DNA of 64,000 nt from IMG/VR virus record IMGVR_UViG_3300030202_001666, positions 393 through 64,392 of that record; one strand, written 5' to 3'. The notes under the pieces are model-generated. The model was not told where the DNA came from, searched no databases, and saw only the letters and a list, made by a program, of their open reading frames with translations. Source of the stretch: a virus (taxonomy: Duplodnaviria; Caudoviricetes). Both the position numbers and the translations under genes were made by a program. Below are positions 10,726-21,118 of this stretch, one piece after another (position 1 is the stretch's first letter; each line of letters starts with the position of its first letter).

Positions 10726-11721
10726 TTATGATGTTTCTTGCGTTTCGTTTATTTCTTCTTGTTGTCCAAATTTAAACACATCTTCTTCCCTTATTTCAAT
10801 TCCAACGTATTGACAAATCTTAGCTATTAAACCTGGTTCGTCAGATACTGGTAATTCAAAGTTTTGATAACTCGTAGAAGCAGCATTAAATAAAGGCTCA
10901 CCAGATTGTAATGATGTGTAAGTCCATTGAGGTGGCAAGGGATATCTTATATACTGTACTCTTATCGCATATTGTTGAACAATAGTTGAAGGATACACCT
11001 CAACAGTATTTCCAATTACAGCGTTAGGTGTTGCCACATTACTACTTGCTCCACCTAAAACATACGCAGGGTATTGTGATGTTGGAGCTGTTAAATTTGA
11101 ACTTGTTAATAAAAACAATTTATTTTGATTTACTCTTTCTACTTCCGTTATATTAGTTGCACTATATATACTGTAGGCATCATTAAGATTCATTATGTTT
11201 GCACTCAATGATAAAGTATCTGCACTATCTACAGCCGTTACATAAGCCTGATCACCAGTAGTGGTGTTTACAACTAAACTCCCTATTGGTGGGTTAATCA
11301 TAGTAGAAGGTGTAGAAACAAATGTTTTAGTATTGTCGGTTAATTTAAATGCACCTACTAAAGTATTTGTGCCAGTAAATAATGAAGTTGGATAATAATA
11401 TAATTTATTAATTAAATAATAATCTGCAGGTAATTGATATCTATTCCTTGTCCCTTGATCTATTGGTAATTGAGTTAAAAATGCGTCTGCCGAAAAACTA
11501 TCAATAACTTCTTCTAAATTTTTTACTATATCAGCATAACCAGTACCAGAAGTTCTTGCGTTTTCTCTATTTATCCAGTTATTATATTGATAAAAATAAT
11601 CCTCAAATATATCCATTTGAGCTTGTTGACAATACAAGTTAAAATCTTGTGGACTTATATACCCATAATTGTTCTTATTAGCAATAGCTAATACGGTATT
11701 TCTTACATCGTTAATCGGCAT
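10726..11721 (-). CDS. tail ring/tubular protein
   Basis: VRNTVLAIANK..GYISPQDFN, LPADYY, YIRYP..P.W and FELP motifs. Confidence 0.7.
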   Translation of the reverse strand: MPINDVRNTVLAIANKNNYGYISPQDFNLYCQQAQMDIFEDYFYQYNNWINRENARTSGTGYADIVKNLEEVIDSFSADAFLTQLPIDQGTRNRYQLPADYYLINKLYYYPTSLFTGTNTLVGAFKLTDNTKTFVSTPSTMINPPIGSLVVNTTTGDQAYVTAVDSADTLSLSANIMNLNDAYSIYSATNITEVERVNQNKLFLLTSSNLTAPTSQYPAYVLGGASSNVATPNAVIGNTVEVYPSTIVQQYAIRVQYIRYPLPPQWTYTSLQSGEPLFNAASTSYQNFELPVSDEPGLIAKICQYVGIEIREEDVFKFGQQEEINETQETS

Positions 11722-11737
11722 AATAAAAATCTTTTTA

Positions 11738-11745
11738 CAAAGATA
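11738..11745 (-). promoter_or_regulatory. -7 promoter element TATCTTTG for the tail operon
   Basis: TAnnTTTG match directly after a terminator and 17 nt before the ATG. Confidence 0.65.
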
Positions 11746-11747
11746 AC

Positions 11748-11782
11748 AAAAAAAAAGAGGCTACTTTTTTTTGTAACCTCTT
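11748..11782 (-). terminator. intrinsic terminator
   Basis: AAGAGG-CTAC...GTAA-CCTCTT hairpin followed on the minus strand by a U9 tract. Confidence 0.75.
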
Positions 11783-11805
11783 CTTAATTTCTAATAAGTA
11801 AAGAC

Positions 11806-12129
11806 TTACGAATTAGGCACTACAATTGAGAATACAATACCTGAGATTGTAACAGCTCCACCAGCCGCATCTTCTAAGCCACTAAGACTTACTTGAATTG
11901 AAGGGTGTTGCCAACTCTGTTGAAGTGATTCTAAAACATAGTCTTGAAACTTGTTTCTTACATCTTCATTGTTCGCTGCCATTACTTCATGAGTAACAGT
12001 TGCTATTGCACCAGATTGATAGTGAAATACACAAGTAGACGTAGAAGCCTGCTCGATCATTACTAAACCATCTAATGCTACCAATTGATTAGCTTCATTT
12101 AGAACTGGAATACTTAAAAACTTTTGCAT
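11806..12129 (-). CDS. hypothetical small structural protein
   Basis: 107 aa ORF with its own promoter and terminator inside the virion module. Confidence 0.55.
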   Translation of the reverse strand: MQKFLSIPVLNEANQLVALDGLVMIEQASTSTCVFHYQSGAIATVTHEVMAANNEDVRNKFQDYVLESLQQSWQHPSIQVSLSGLEDAAGGAVTISGIVFSIVVPNS

Positions 12130-12169
12130 AGTTAAAAAATTTAAGGGTTATGTGAGAAAATACTCGAAA

Positions 12170-12177
12170 CAAAGATA
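12170..12177 (-). promoter_or_regulatory. -7 promoter element TATCTTTG
   Basis: TAnnTTTG match in the intergenic gap upstream of 11806..12129. Confidence 0.6.
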
Positions 12178-12180
12178 ATG

Positions 12181-12939
12181 TTATTTTTCCTTATCTTTCA
12201 AGCGTTTCTTCAAAGCCTTAAATGTCTCTATACCATCCTCTGATTGGAAATAAGAAGCTAAAATAAAATTAGCATCTTCACCAAAAGGAACAGTTAAAAT
12301 TTTCTTTTTATTCTTAGGTAAGTTAAAATACACATCACGTTGATTATTTCTAAACATTATAAAACCTGCGTCAAAAAACTTATATACATCATCTTGTAAT
12401 TCTAACATAGGATCATTTAATGTCTCTAAAAAATCTTCTGGCTCTTGTTTAGCATACAATAAGATATCTCTTTTTATTTCGGTGGTAGACATTTTATCTA
12501 CACCTGAACCTAATAAAATTCTGGATACTGAAAGCATTTTATCTAAACTTAATCCTTTAGCAACTATCTGTGCTTCTAATGATAACTCTACTACCTCTAA
12601 TTCTTCAGCAGCATCTCTTGCGGCATTTACTTCTTCAAACACACTACCATTTTGTGGGTGTAAGTGTAAAAACTTTTGTAACACTTGATTGTTTTTCGGA
12701 ACAAACAAAACACCGTCTTCAAAGACAATTGGCTCTAAAATAGCATTACCATCTTGCTCATCTTCAAATGGAGATTTTTGATTTCTTGCGTAACGCAAAG
12801 GTTTATTAACGCCTTCGGTTTCATCGAAATGTAATAAAGGATATCGTGAGGAGTTTCGAGAAGCCAACATATAAGATAATGGGGCTACCTCTCTTTTTAG
12901 TCTGTAGAATTTATCTACAAATTCTTTTGATTTTTTCAT
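12181..12939 (-). CDS. conserved hypothetical protein downstream of the major capsid gene
   Basis: 252 aa; LRYARNQKSPFEDEQ and LQKFLHLHP motifs; position next to MCP as in crAss-like phages. Confidence 0.6.
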   Translation of the reverse strand: MKKSKEFVDKFYRLKREVAPLSYMLASRNSSRYPLLHFDETEGVNKPLRYARNQKSPFEDEQDGNAILEPIVFEDGVLFVPKNNQVLQKFLHLHPQNGSVFEEVNAARDAAEELEVVELSLEAQIVAKGLSLDKMLSVSRILLGSGVDKMSTTEIKRDILLYAKQEPEDFLETLNDPMLELQDDVYKFFDAGFIMFRNNQRDVYFNLPKNKKKILTVPFGEDANFILASYFQSEDGIETFKALKKRLKDKEK

Positions 12940-12970
12940 TGTAATATAATTTAATTTAATTTAAAATTTA

Positions 12971-13008
12971 TAATAACAAGGGGGGAGATAAACTCCCCCT
13001 TTATTATT
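12971..13008 (-). terminator. terminator/stabilising hairpin after the major capsid gene
   Basis: AAGGGGGGAG-ATAAA-CTCCCCCTTT hairpin with AT-rich flanks. Confidence 0.7.
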
Positions 13009-13016
13009 GAGTAATA

Positions 13017-14492
13017 TTAATTCTGGAATAAGAAGAAGTTGTTTGCACCTAAAGTACATACAGCTCTCTCACTCAAGAAGTTTACTTCCATTGCATCAAG
13101 ATCAGAAGTTCTTGCACCACCAGCAGAACCAGTAATCCAAGTTTTGTATCTTCTGTCTTCTGTTTCAGAAGCTCTATATCTAACGTGTAAGAATGGTCTC
13201 TTTGCGTTCTTACCTAAGATTTGGTCATAAACTGTAGTTGAACCAGCAGGAACTAAAAGTCCATTTACTGCACCACCTACAACATCACCTCTCATAGTAA
13301 CATCGTTTAAGTATTTCCAATCTGACTTGTAGAAGTCATAACCTCTTCTGAATCCAGTGAATCCAAGATTTAAAGCCATTTCTTCATCATTGTCAAATAA
13401 ACCATATGAAGTACCACCAGCTCCGTAAGAGTTTTGTGCTGCTAACATATCGTCAATATCAAATGAGAATTCTCTATTTACAAAAATAACATTTTCTTCA
13501 ATAGAACCTTGCTTATCAAGTCTTTGGATAATGCTATCAAATTGAGATAATACTTGTGGGTTTCCACCGCCCCAAACATTTCCTCTTAATCCAACAACAT
13601 AGAATATACCATCTGAACCATTTAAGTTTGCAGCAGATAATCCAGCACCAACTCCTTGTAAGAAGTCTCCAGCACCAGAAGTTGCGTCTGCAGGTACTGC
13701 TTCAATCATTGCAGTCTCAAGATAATCTTCAAATCTTAATCTTGTTTCATGCTCAGATTTTAAATACCATAGGTATCCAGATGCACCGTTCTCAGTAGTT
13801 ACTTCAACCCATCCAATTTGAGCCATATCAGAACCAGAAACAGAATACTTGTCTTTGATTATAATTGGCTTGTTATCGAAAATAAAGTCATCAGCTTCTA
13901 AAGAACCTACCATTCCATTAGTTCCTTTGTTAAATTCAGAACCATATACAAAAATATCACAAGCTACACCAGCAGCTACTGCTTGTCCACCCGCTTCATA
14001 ATAAGCGATTGAAACTTGGTTTACACCTGTTCCAGCAACAGCGTCACTTGGACCAGCTATTACAATACCTTTGTTAGATAACGTTGATCCAGCAGTTTTG
14101 TCAGAAATCATTACTGTTTGTCCTACTCTTAGAGCAGCAGTATTAGGAGTTCCAGCTAATGCAGGATTAAAGTTAGTAAGGTTGTTAGGTATAGTCCAAA
14201 TTGCATTTCTTGTTGCAGCTCCAGCTCCAGCAGCAGATGTACAGTTTAGATATTTAGTATGTAATCTTCCTTGTTCTGCCCATTTGATAAGGTCAGAATT
14301 AGAAGGCATTTCTGCTCCAACCATTCTTAGGAAGGAAGCAATTGTACGATTGCCATATCTCTCAAACTCTTTTTCATATGTATCAGGTAAGTACTGATTC
14401 AAGAAATCAAAGTCGTTGATATAATTTGTAGACAACGGTACTTGTTGGCTACTTGGTTGCAAATCAAAACCAGGGGTTACATTTACACTCAT
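13017..14492 (-). CDS. major capsid protein
   Basis: 491 aa; FLNQYLPD.YEKEFERYGNR, WAEQGRLH and terminal FLSERAVCTLGANNF motifs; portal-scaffold-MCP order. Confidence 0.85.
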   Translation of the reverse strand: MSVNVTPGFDLQPSSQQVPLSTNYINDFDFLNQYLPDTYEKEFERYGNRTIASFLRMVGAEMPSNSDLIKWAEQGRLHTKYLNCTSAAGAGAATRNAIWTIPNNLTNFNPALAGTPNTAALRVGQTVMISDKTAGSTLSNKGIVIAGPSDAVAGTGVNQVSIAYYEAGGQAVAAGVACDIFVYGSEFNKGTNGMVGSLEADDFIFDNKPIIIKDKYSVSGSDMAQIGWVEVTTENGASGYLWYLKSEHETRLRFEDYLETAMIEAVPADATSGAGDFLQGVGAGLSAANLNGSDGIFYVVGLRGNVWGGGNPQVLSQFDSIIQRLDKQGSIEENVIFVNREFSFDIDDMLAAQNSYGAGGTSYGLFDNDEEMALNLGFTGFRRGYDFYKSDWKYLNDVTMRGDVVGGAVNGLLVPAGSTTVYDQILGKNAKRPFLHVRYRASETEDRRYKTWITGSAGGARTSDLDAMEVNFLSERAVCTLGANNFFLFQN

Positions 14493-14514
14493 AATTAATA
14501 ATTTTTAATAGTTT

Positions 14515-15672
14515 TTAACTTTTTTTAATACTTCTAATTTTGAGTCCTCTTCCACTACTATCTGATCTACTTTGTACGTTTTTAATTTTAAGACCATCTT
14601 TATTAAATGATCTTGGTGCTTGTCTAACCTCCATATTAATGTTTTTTGATTTCTTAGTAACATTATCTACAGCATTAGAAACACCTTGTTCGTAAAAATA
14701 ACGAGCAAACTTCTCAGGGTTCATCGCCACGGCTAACGCCTTATGGTAATTGACAGCATCATTAACTAAGCCAGTTTCTTTATCAAGAAAAGATGTCAGA
14801 AAATTATTGACATCTGACTGCTTGTTTCTTAGTTCTTCTGTCGTCCCTGGTTTATAAGTAAGATTTAAATCGTCACTAATATTAAATTCAAAACCTTTGA
14901 ATTCTTTATTAAACACATCTTGTGTTTGCGTTTGGAAATAATCATATCTTTTCTTATTTGCTTCAGCAACAGTTTTAGATTCCTCAATATAACTTTTATA
15001 AGCATTAAGATTTTTTTCTTGATCTTCGGATAACCCACCCCCACTTGACTCAAGAGGAATTTTATATTTATCTTTTTGTTCATTCAAAAATTTCTTTGCT
15101 TTCGCAAGTTCACGCTTTTTAGCTAATTTAATTTTCTTAACATCTTTAGGTTCATCTAATTCTTCGTCATAACTAAACTTATCTTCGATAATATCTCTTA
15201 TGTCTTCAGAATCTAAACCTTCTTCAGTGTTTTGATAATAATTAGCCAGTACATCGTCATCGTCCATAGAATCATAATCTTTTTGTAAATTATAAAAATC
15301 ATTAATTCCACGTCCAGTTTCCTGTTTGTACTTTAAATACGCTGAAACATCTTCTGGTAAATCAGGGTTTGCCTCTTTTTCCGCAAACAATTCATCAACA
15401 GAATTTATTTCTTTGTCATATCTTTTTTTAATAAAAGAAAGAACGTCTTCATCACTTAACTCTGATGAGGGAGTTTTATCTTCAGATGAAACAGTTTTAG
15501 CTTCATCATTATCTGTTTTAACTTCTGGCTTTTCTGAAGTTGAGGTGTTAACCTTTTCTATGTTTGAATCAGAGTCTTGTTGTGATTCATTATGTTTGTT
15601 TAACAACTCTTGTTCTACTTCAGCTTTTGATTTATTGTCGTAGCCTTCGACAGCTTTTACTTTTATTTCCAT
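14515..15672 (-). CDS. capsid scaffolding protein (putative)
   Basis: acidic coiled-coil protein between portal and MCP. Confidence 0.65.
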   Translation of the reverse strand: MEIKVKAVEGYDNKSKAEVEQELLNKHNESQQDSDSNIEKVNTSTSEKPEVKTDNDEAKTVSSEDKTPSSELSDEDVLSFIKKRYDKEINSVDELFAEKEANPDLPEDVSAYLKYKQETGRGINDFYNLQKDYDSMDDDDVLANYYQNTEEGLDSEDIRDIIEDKFSYDEELDEPKDVKKIKLAKKRELAKAKKFLNEQKDKYKIPLESSGGGLSEDQEKNLNAYKSYIEESKTVAEANKKRYDYFQTQTQDVFNKEFKGFEFNISDDLNLTYKPGTTEELRNKQSDVNNFLTSFLDKETGLVNDAVNYHKALAVAMNPEKFARYFYEQGVSNAVDNVTKKSKNINMEVRQAPRSFNKDGLKIKNVQSRSDSSGRGLKIRSIKKS

Positions 15673-15689
15673 TTGATTTAATTTTTATA

Positions 15690-15697
15690 CAAAGTTA
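15690..15697 (-). promoter_or_regulatory. -7 promoter element TAACTTTG for scaffold-MCP
   Basis: TAnnTTTG match 18 nt upstream of the ATG. Confidence 0.6.
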
Positions 15698-15723
15698 ATA
15701 CTTAATTTAATATATTTTTTAGC

Positions 15724-18159
15724 CTATCTTGGATCGAACTCAGCTAAGTCAAAACCATCTAAACTATCCTCATTAGATTCAAAATTTATAGCTGGTAAAT
15801 CTCTTTTCTTTTGTTCAATCATTTTAGATGTTTGAGTGGATTGTTGACTAATCCTATCATCTTTAGCTTTTTCTCTTTCATTTTCTCGCTTCTGTAAACC
15901 TTGTTGTTCTACACCCTTTATTTGCATTTGGTATTGGAACTCCTCAGCCATCAATTGAGCTTTCAACTGAGCTTCTGTTTGAAGTTTTTGTATTTCAAAT
16001 TCTATTTCAGTTTGTTTCAACTGCATTTTTCCTTGAAGCTCTTGTTGAGTTTTTTGCATTTCCATTTGAGCTGCAGCTTGTTGGGCTTCCATTTGTTGTT
16101 GTGCCTGCATTTGTTGTTGCTGCATCATTTGTTGTTGCTCTGCTTCTTGTTTCTTCTTACGTTTTAATTTAAGAAGTTGATTAGCCATTTTTAAATTATG
16201 AACCTCTCTAATATCAATAGCATCCTCTAAGCTAATGTCTTTTTGAGATAATGCCATTTGAATATTTTGTTCAAGCATTTGTTTTTCTTCTTCATCTGGT
16301 GACATTTCAATAAATATCCCAAAATCATACATATATAAATCTTTTATATCTTCTAATATCTTTAAATTATATTTACCAATCTGCATAGCAAATTCATCTT
16401 TGAAGTCTGCATATTCTAAAATATCCGCAGTTCTAATTGATAAACATTCTGCCATTGTTCTGGCTATATATAAACTTGCATCTAATATATGACGGGTAGC
16501 TACGTTAGAATTTAAAGCAGCTAACTTTTGTACACCAACTAACGAATAAGGATCAGGTTTAGAACCATCTCTTGCCTCATTCAATCCAGTCACTTGCCTA
16601 ATCATATCTAAATAATGATTATAATTACCAATAAGCATTTGTAATTTTCCAGCACCACTATTTGCAGTTAACTGAGTTATAGGAACTTTAGCGTTATTGA
16701 ATTCACCATCTTGCGTAAAACTTCTACCTACAACGCTACCTGTTTGAAAATATAATCTTAATGCATCTTCAGGGTTATAAGCATTTCCAGTACCTAAGTC
16801 TACTTCATTTAGCCCATCAGCATCTATAAATACACCATCAGGAACTACACGTGAAACAACTTGTTGAATTTTTAAATGTGTTACTTGAATTAAATCTGCA
16901 AAAGGAATCATTCTCCTTGTTAATGATTCAAACATTCCTTTATAGTTTCTTGGGCCACATGCAACATAATTTGGCATAGCATATTGACTTGCTGATTTTG
17001 GACGAACCATATTTTCTGCTAATTTCCATTGCAACATAATATTAGTACCCATAACCATTACACCATCATACCAAACATCAATTCTTTTTTCTACCCTTTC
17101 AAATTTACCTTCTTCTTGCATTTGATCAGGTGGATTAAATTCATCATCCTTTTGCACTGTTCTAAATGTACCATCTGCCATTTCCTTTTTTTTGTAAACA
17201 AAGGAATTAGATGATTTATAATTAAAATATAGAAGAGTTGCAGTGTCTCTATGAAACATACTGTTTTGATAAAACTGAGCATTATTATAATAGTCATACC
17301 AAGATTGACTATATTTAGAAATCTCTTCTAAATCTTCATTAGTTAAATCTGGATCAATTTTTATAAGTTCAGTTATTGGAACAGTTTTTATTTCACCCCA
17401 GTAAAAACAATCTTTAAAGTACGGATCTTCTGTGTAACTATATACTACATTGGCAGGATCTACATAATCAATTGTAACACCTTGCCCAGGTAAAAACATA
17501 TGTTTTGCTATTCCTAAACCTAAAGTAGCGATATCATAGTCAATACGTTTACGGGTATCTTGATAATGATTTTCTGCAAGTAAAGTATTTATTGCTTCTT
17601 CTTCAGCAATTTCTACCGCAGGTTTATATTTCATATTCATAAATAACTCCAACTCGTCACTGGTTTCAGGAAGTTGTTCTTCAGGAATCATAAATGTATC
17701 AATACCAAAATCTTTTGTCATTTGCTGTAAAATAGGTTTAGCTATCATATCAGCTTCTACCATTTCTTGAAATTGATTTCTTTTTTCAGCAGATAAAACA
17801 TCTTGTGCGTATGCTTTTACTTTAAAAAGTCTATCAGACATTCCGTTCACAACGATGTCTATAAATTTTGGTATGATAGGAACAGGTGTCCAGTCTAAGT
17901 TTAAATAACTTAAATCACCATCTACGGCAATTTCATTTTTATATTTTGCTATGGACTGTTCTCCACGTGCATACAATCGTAATCTATTGAAGTCTGCCCA
18001 TTGATTATAAAACCTACAAGAGCCGCCATCTTTTCTGAACCATTCATATTGTATTGCTTGACCTACTTGCAGACCAAATTCCATTGTGCCTTTTGTAGAA
18101 TCTGAGACAAATTGATCTGGAAATGCAGCAGTCTTAATGTTTATATTTACTTGCTTCAT
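15724..18159 (-). CDS. portal protein
   Basis: 811 aa directly after terminase; LDWTPVPIIPKFIDIVVNG motif; Gln-rich C-terminal coiled coil like a P22-type barrel. Confidence 0.85.
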   Translation of the reverse strand: MKQVNINIKTAAFPDQFVSDSTKGTMEFGLQVGQAIQYEWFRKDGGSCRFYNQWADFNRLRLYARGEQSIAKYKNEIAVDGDLSYLNLDWTPVPIIPKFIDIVVNGMSDRLFKVKAYAQDVLSAEKRNQFQEMVEADMIAKPILQQMTKDFGIDTFMIPEEQLPETSDELELFMNMKYKPAVEIAEEEAINTLLAENHYQDTRKRIDYDIATLGLGIAKHMFLPGQGVTIDYVDPANVVYSYTEDPYFKDCFYWGEIKTVPITELIKIDPDLTNEDLEEISKYSQSWYDYYNNAQFYQNSMFHRDTATLLYFNYKSSNSFVYKKKEMADGTFRTVQKDDEFNPPDQMQEEGKFERVEKRIDVWYDGVMVMGTNIMLQWKLAENMVRPKSASQYAMPNYVACGPRNYKGMFESLTRRMIPFADLIQVTHLKIQQVVSRVVPDGVFIDADGLNEVDLGTGNAYNPEDALRLYFQTGSVVGRSFTQDGEFNNAKVPITQLTANSGAGKLQMLIGNYNHYLDMIRQVTGLNEARDGSKPDPYSLVGVQKLAALNSNVATRHILDASLYIARTMAECLSIRTADILEYADFKDEFAMQIGKYNLKILEDIKDLYMYDFGIFIEMSPDEEEKQMLEQNIQMALSQKDISLEDAIDIREVHNLKMANQLLKLKRKKKQEAEQQQMMQQQQMQAQQQMEAQQAAAQMEMQKTQQELQGKMQLKQTEIEFEIQKLQTEAQLKAQLMAEEFQYQMQIKGVEQQGLQKRENEREKAKDDRISQQSTQTSKMIEQKKRDLPAINFESNEDSLDGFDLAEFDPR

Positions 18160-20399
18160 CTATTAAGTAGTTGACTAACTGAGTTCTTGTTATTATATCT
18201 CGCAAAGTTAATGCTTATTTTTGATTTTTCTTTAGTCGGTGTGTAAAGGTGCTTTTGGTTAGCCATAACAGCTAAACCCGAGCTAATTGCAGCATCAAAC
18301 TTTGTTCGATTAGATATATCAAACTTTGCCCAATCCTCCAAAGTTCTTTGAAATGGCATCACACCCATGTCGTCTTGTTGTCTATATGTGCCCTCCATAT
18401 CTAATCCTATATGTTTTTCTATGTATGATTCTATTGCTGAAGCATGTGCTTGTTTTACATCTTCAGATGAGTTTGGAATACCACCAAGTTCTCTTTCGGT
18501 TTTTGATAATTTATTAAAAGTTTTATCAGGGCGATTCATACTAAACCCTCGATATCCTCTATTTTTAAAATGATATAATAATCTTGGCTTATTGTTTTCC
18601 ACCAAAATAGGCATACCATAAAATACACACGCCATTAAAACTTCTTCAAAAAATATTTCTGCGGTTTGTGGACGTGCTATGTATTCTAAAAAAAATTGGT
18701 TGCTTGGAAAATTATCCATATTAAATTTGGATAACCCATGCAGAGAACCATTAGAACCACTACCAACAACTACACCAGATATGTCATAAGAGTCACAACC
18801 AAATGAACCTAAATGTTCATTACCAGGATACTTACGTCCATTCTTAACTATTACTTTATTTTGTAAGTTTTTTTCTGGTATATAAGATACAAAAAATCTA
18901 CCTCTTGAGTTTGGACTCCATATTACTTTAGAATCTTGGATACCATTTTCCCAACTAAATGAACCTTGAGTAAGATGTTGTTTAATTATTAAACTATCAT
19001 TATAGTCTATTTGTTGATATATTTTTGTAAGATTAAATAATGATTGCTTACTTTCATCTCTAAATGCATGAGATTCAGAACGAGGAAACTGTCTGTAATA
19101 TTCATTAAGTGCATCAGGATCATTAGCCAAGGACTCAACTTCGTTTTCCCAATAATCAATAGCACCTATATTAATGGGTTCATTGTCAATACCTACTACA
19201 TTTAAATCTTTACCTTTTAAAACGGGCATTCCATATTTATCTATAAATCCTTCCATATTCCATTCCATAGGAATAAATAAATTATATAACCCACTTTTTG
19301 TTTGCCCATTCTGATTTCTTTTGAAAGTGTCAGAATCATAAAATAATTTTTTAAAATTATTACCTCCTTTATCTAAAGCATTAGAAGTTGAACCCATCAT
19401 GCATTTACCTATAATTTTACTTCCTAATCTTAGACAAGTTTTTGTAACACGCCAGTTGTTAAGAATGTTTTCAGGGCGTTCCCATTTACCACTTTCATCG
19501 TGCAATAGTAATTGTAGTTTTTCACCATCATAAGAGTTATCAGAAGTATTCTTCCAGTCAATAGTAGTATCAAGTCCTTCTAATTCTTCCTCTCCTATAT
19601 CATACATATTTTTTTTAGTAATCTTAGAAGCTGGAACTCTAAAAGCTAATTCTGTTTTAGGTTTATCCATACCATCTTGAATAGGTTTAAAAAAGAATGG
19701 ATAATTGTTTGAGATAGGAACAACTTTATCTGTAAACATTTTTTTTGCATCAGAACCAGTTTTAGATAAAATACCGATACGAGAATCTTTTGTTATAGTT
19801 GCCTTATTTACTCCTTCAGCTGAACTCATAAAAGAAAATCCAGATCGTCTTATTTTTAAATAACACATACCAAAACTTCTTTTATCAACTTTACAAGCCT
19901 CCCAATATAAAAAGAAAATACGATTTGCTTCTCTAAAATCTGGATGTCCTACATCAATCTTAGTCCATTGTAAATACATATAATGTGTGCCAGTAATATA
20001 CGTAGGCACTCCATTGTTTAAAAACCAATGTCCGTTTTCTCTTCTGTTAAATTCTTCTTCTATGTAATCAACCCACTTATTTTTAAAAGTAGGAGTGGTT
20101 TCATGCCATTGAAAAATACTTTGAATCCTTTTTAATTCTTTTGGATAATCTTTTGCCTTCCAATATTGATTATGGCGTTTTAATTTTGAGGTAAGTTTTG
20201 GAGTAGATGGAACAGCAATATTTAAATTGTTTACTGAATAAATATCACCTATAGTTCCGTTTTGTGAGATAACAATAATATCATACTTTTCATTATAACC
20301 TGGCGTCCAAGATTTAGCTTTGTTTTTTTTTAACAAAACTGATTTAGGTATAATTATTTTGTTTAACCTATAAAAACTATTTTGATCTTGACTCTGCAA
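18156..20399 (-). CDS. terL: terminase large subunit
   Basis: Walker A-like KIRRSGFS, Walker B LLLHDESGKW, MGSTSN motif, nuclease GCDSYD and C-terminal FDAAIS. Confidence 0.9.
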   Translation of the reverse strand: MQSQDQNSFYRLNKIIIPKSVLLKKNKAKSWTPGYNEKYDIIVISQNGTIGDIYSVNNLNIAVPSTPKLTSKLKRHNQYWKAKDYPKELKRIQSIFQWHETTPTFKNKWVDYIEEEFNRRENGHWFLNNGVPTYITGTHYMYLQWTKIDVGHPDFREANRIFFLYWEACKVDKRSFGMCYLKIRRSGFSFMSSAEGVNKATITKDSRIGILSKTGSDAKKMFTDKVVPISNNYPFFFKPIQDGMDKPKTELAFRVPASKITKKNMYDIGEEELEGLDTTIDWKNTSDNSYDGEKLQLLLHDESGKWERPENILNNWRVTKTCLRLGSKIIGKCMMGSTSNALDKGGNNFKKLFYDSDTFKRNQNGQTKSGLYNLFIPMEWNMEGFIDKYGMPVLKGKDLNVVGIDNEPINIGAIDYWENEVESLANDPDALNEYYRQFPRSESHAFRDESKQSLFNLTKIYQQIDYNDSLIIKQHLTQGSFSWENGIQDSKVIWSPNSRGRFFVSYIPEKNLQNKVIVKNGRKYPGNEHLGSFGCDSYDISGVVVGSGSNGSLHGLSKFNMDNFPSNQFFLEYIARPQTAEIFFEEVLMACVFYGMPILVENNKPRLLYHFKNRGYRGFSMNRPDKTFNKLSKTERELGGIPNSSEDVKQAHASAIESYIEKHIGLDMEGTYRQQDDMGVMPFQRTLEDWAKFDISNRTKFDAAISSGLAVMANQKHLYTPTKEKSKISINFARYNNKNSVSQLLNR

Positions 20400-20652
20400 A
20401 TCCTTTTGGGGTTTTATTATTAACTATTGTTCCTCCTTCCAATATTTGCTTTTCATCTTCAATTCTTTTTAATATTTCAAACGCATCAAATATTGCTAAC
20501 TTTTTTGTAGCTGCAGCATTCTTTAATCTATCTGCCGCCAACTCATCATCTTTCTGTGGTTTTATTATTTCTTCTTTAGCTACTTTAATAAGTTGACGAA
20601 CAGCTCTTTCGCCAGCTCTAATTATTTCTAATTTAATTTCTTTAGTGTCCAT
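20377..20652 (-). CDS. putative terminase small subunit
   Basis: small helical protein overlapping the terL start. Confidence 0.45.
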   Translation of the reverse strand: MDTKEIKLEIIRAGERAVRQLIKVAKEEIIKPQKDDELAADRLKNAAATKKLAIFDAFEILKRIEDEKQILEGGTIVNNKTPKGFAESRSK

Positions 20653-21118
20653 TTTTTAATTTTAAAAACATAACTTGAACCAATCTTGCATTATCACCTT
20701 CACCAAAATTATGAAAACAATTTCTTGAATGCTTTATATGTGAAGGAAAAATAAAAACTGAATTATACTTTGCTTTACATACAAGTATCTCTTTATTATC
20801 TTCATCGTATAATGTTGTTCCATATTCACTGGGATACTTTTTATTTAAATATATTATGGCAGTGTAATCTCCATGCATATCATCCTTATGAATAAAATTA
20901 GGTTCTTCTTGACCTAAAACAGACATCCTTGCAAAACTCAAAACAAGTTCAGCATTTATTAAGGACTCAATAGATTTTGCTACATCATCCCTTTCTAACT
21001 TTTGTACATTTTTAAAAACATTAACACCATCATTAAAATCTTCAAATCCTTTTTTTTTTAAAGACGATACATACTCGTCTGGATTACTATAAACATCTGT
21101 TAAAAACATTGTTGTCAT
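20642..21118 (-). CDS. 2OG-Fe(II) oxygenase family protein
   Basis: HxD (IHKDD), TAIIYLN, GTTLY, distal His (HSR) and R.VQV motifs. Confidence 0.75.
   Translation of the reverse strand: MTTMFLTDVYSNPDEYVSSLKKKGFEDFNDGVNVFKNVQKLERDDVAKSIESLINAELVLSFARMSVLGQEEPNFIHKDDMHGDYTAIIYLNKKYPSEYGTTLYDEDNKEILVCKAKYNSVFIFPSHIKHSRNCFHNFGEGDNARLVQVMFLKLKNGH

Noticed and set aside
15455-15525. CTGATGA...GAAAC on the plus strand, resembling a hammerhead core
   Set aside because: Stem II does not close next to GAAA, there is no stem I partner, and it lies antisense within the scaffold gene
16000-16150. CAA/CAG-rich low-complexity tract
   Set aside because: Encodes the ordinary Gln-rich coiled coil of the portal protein
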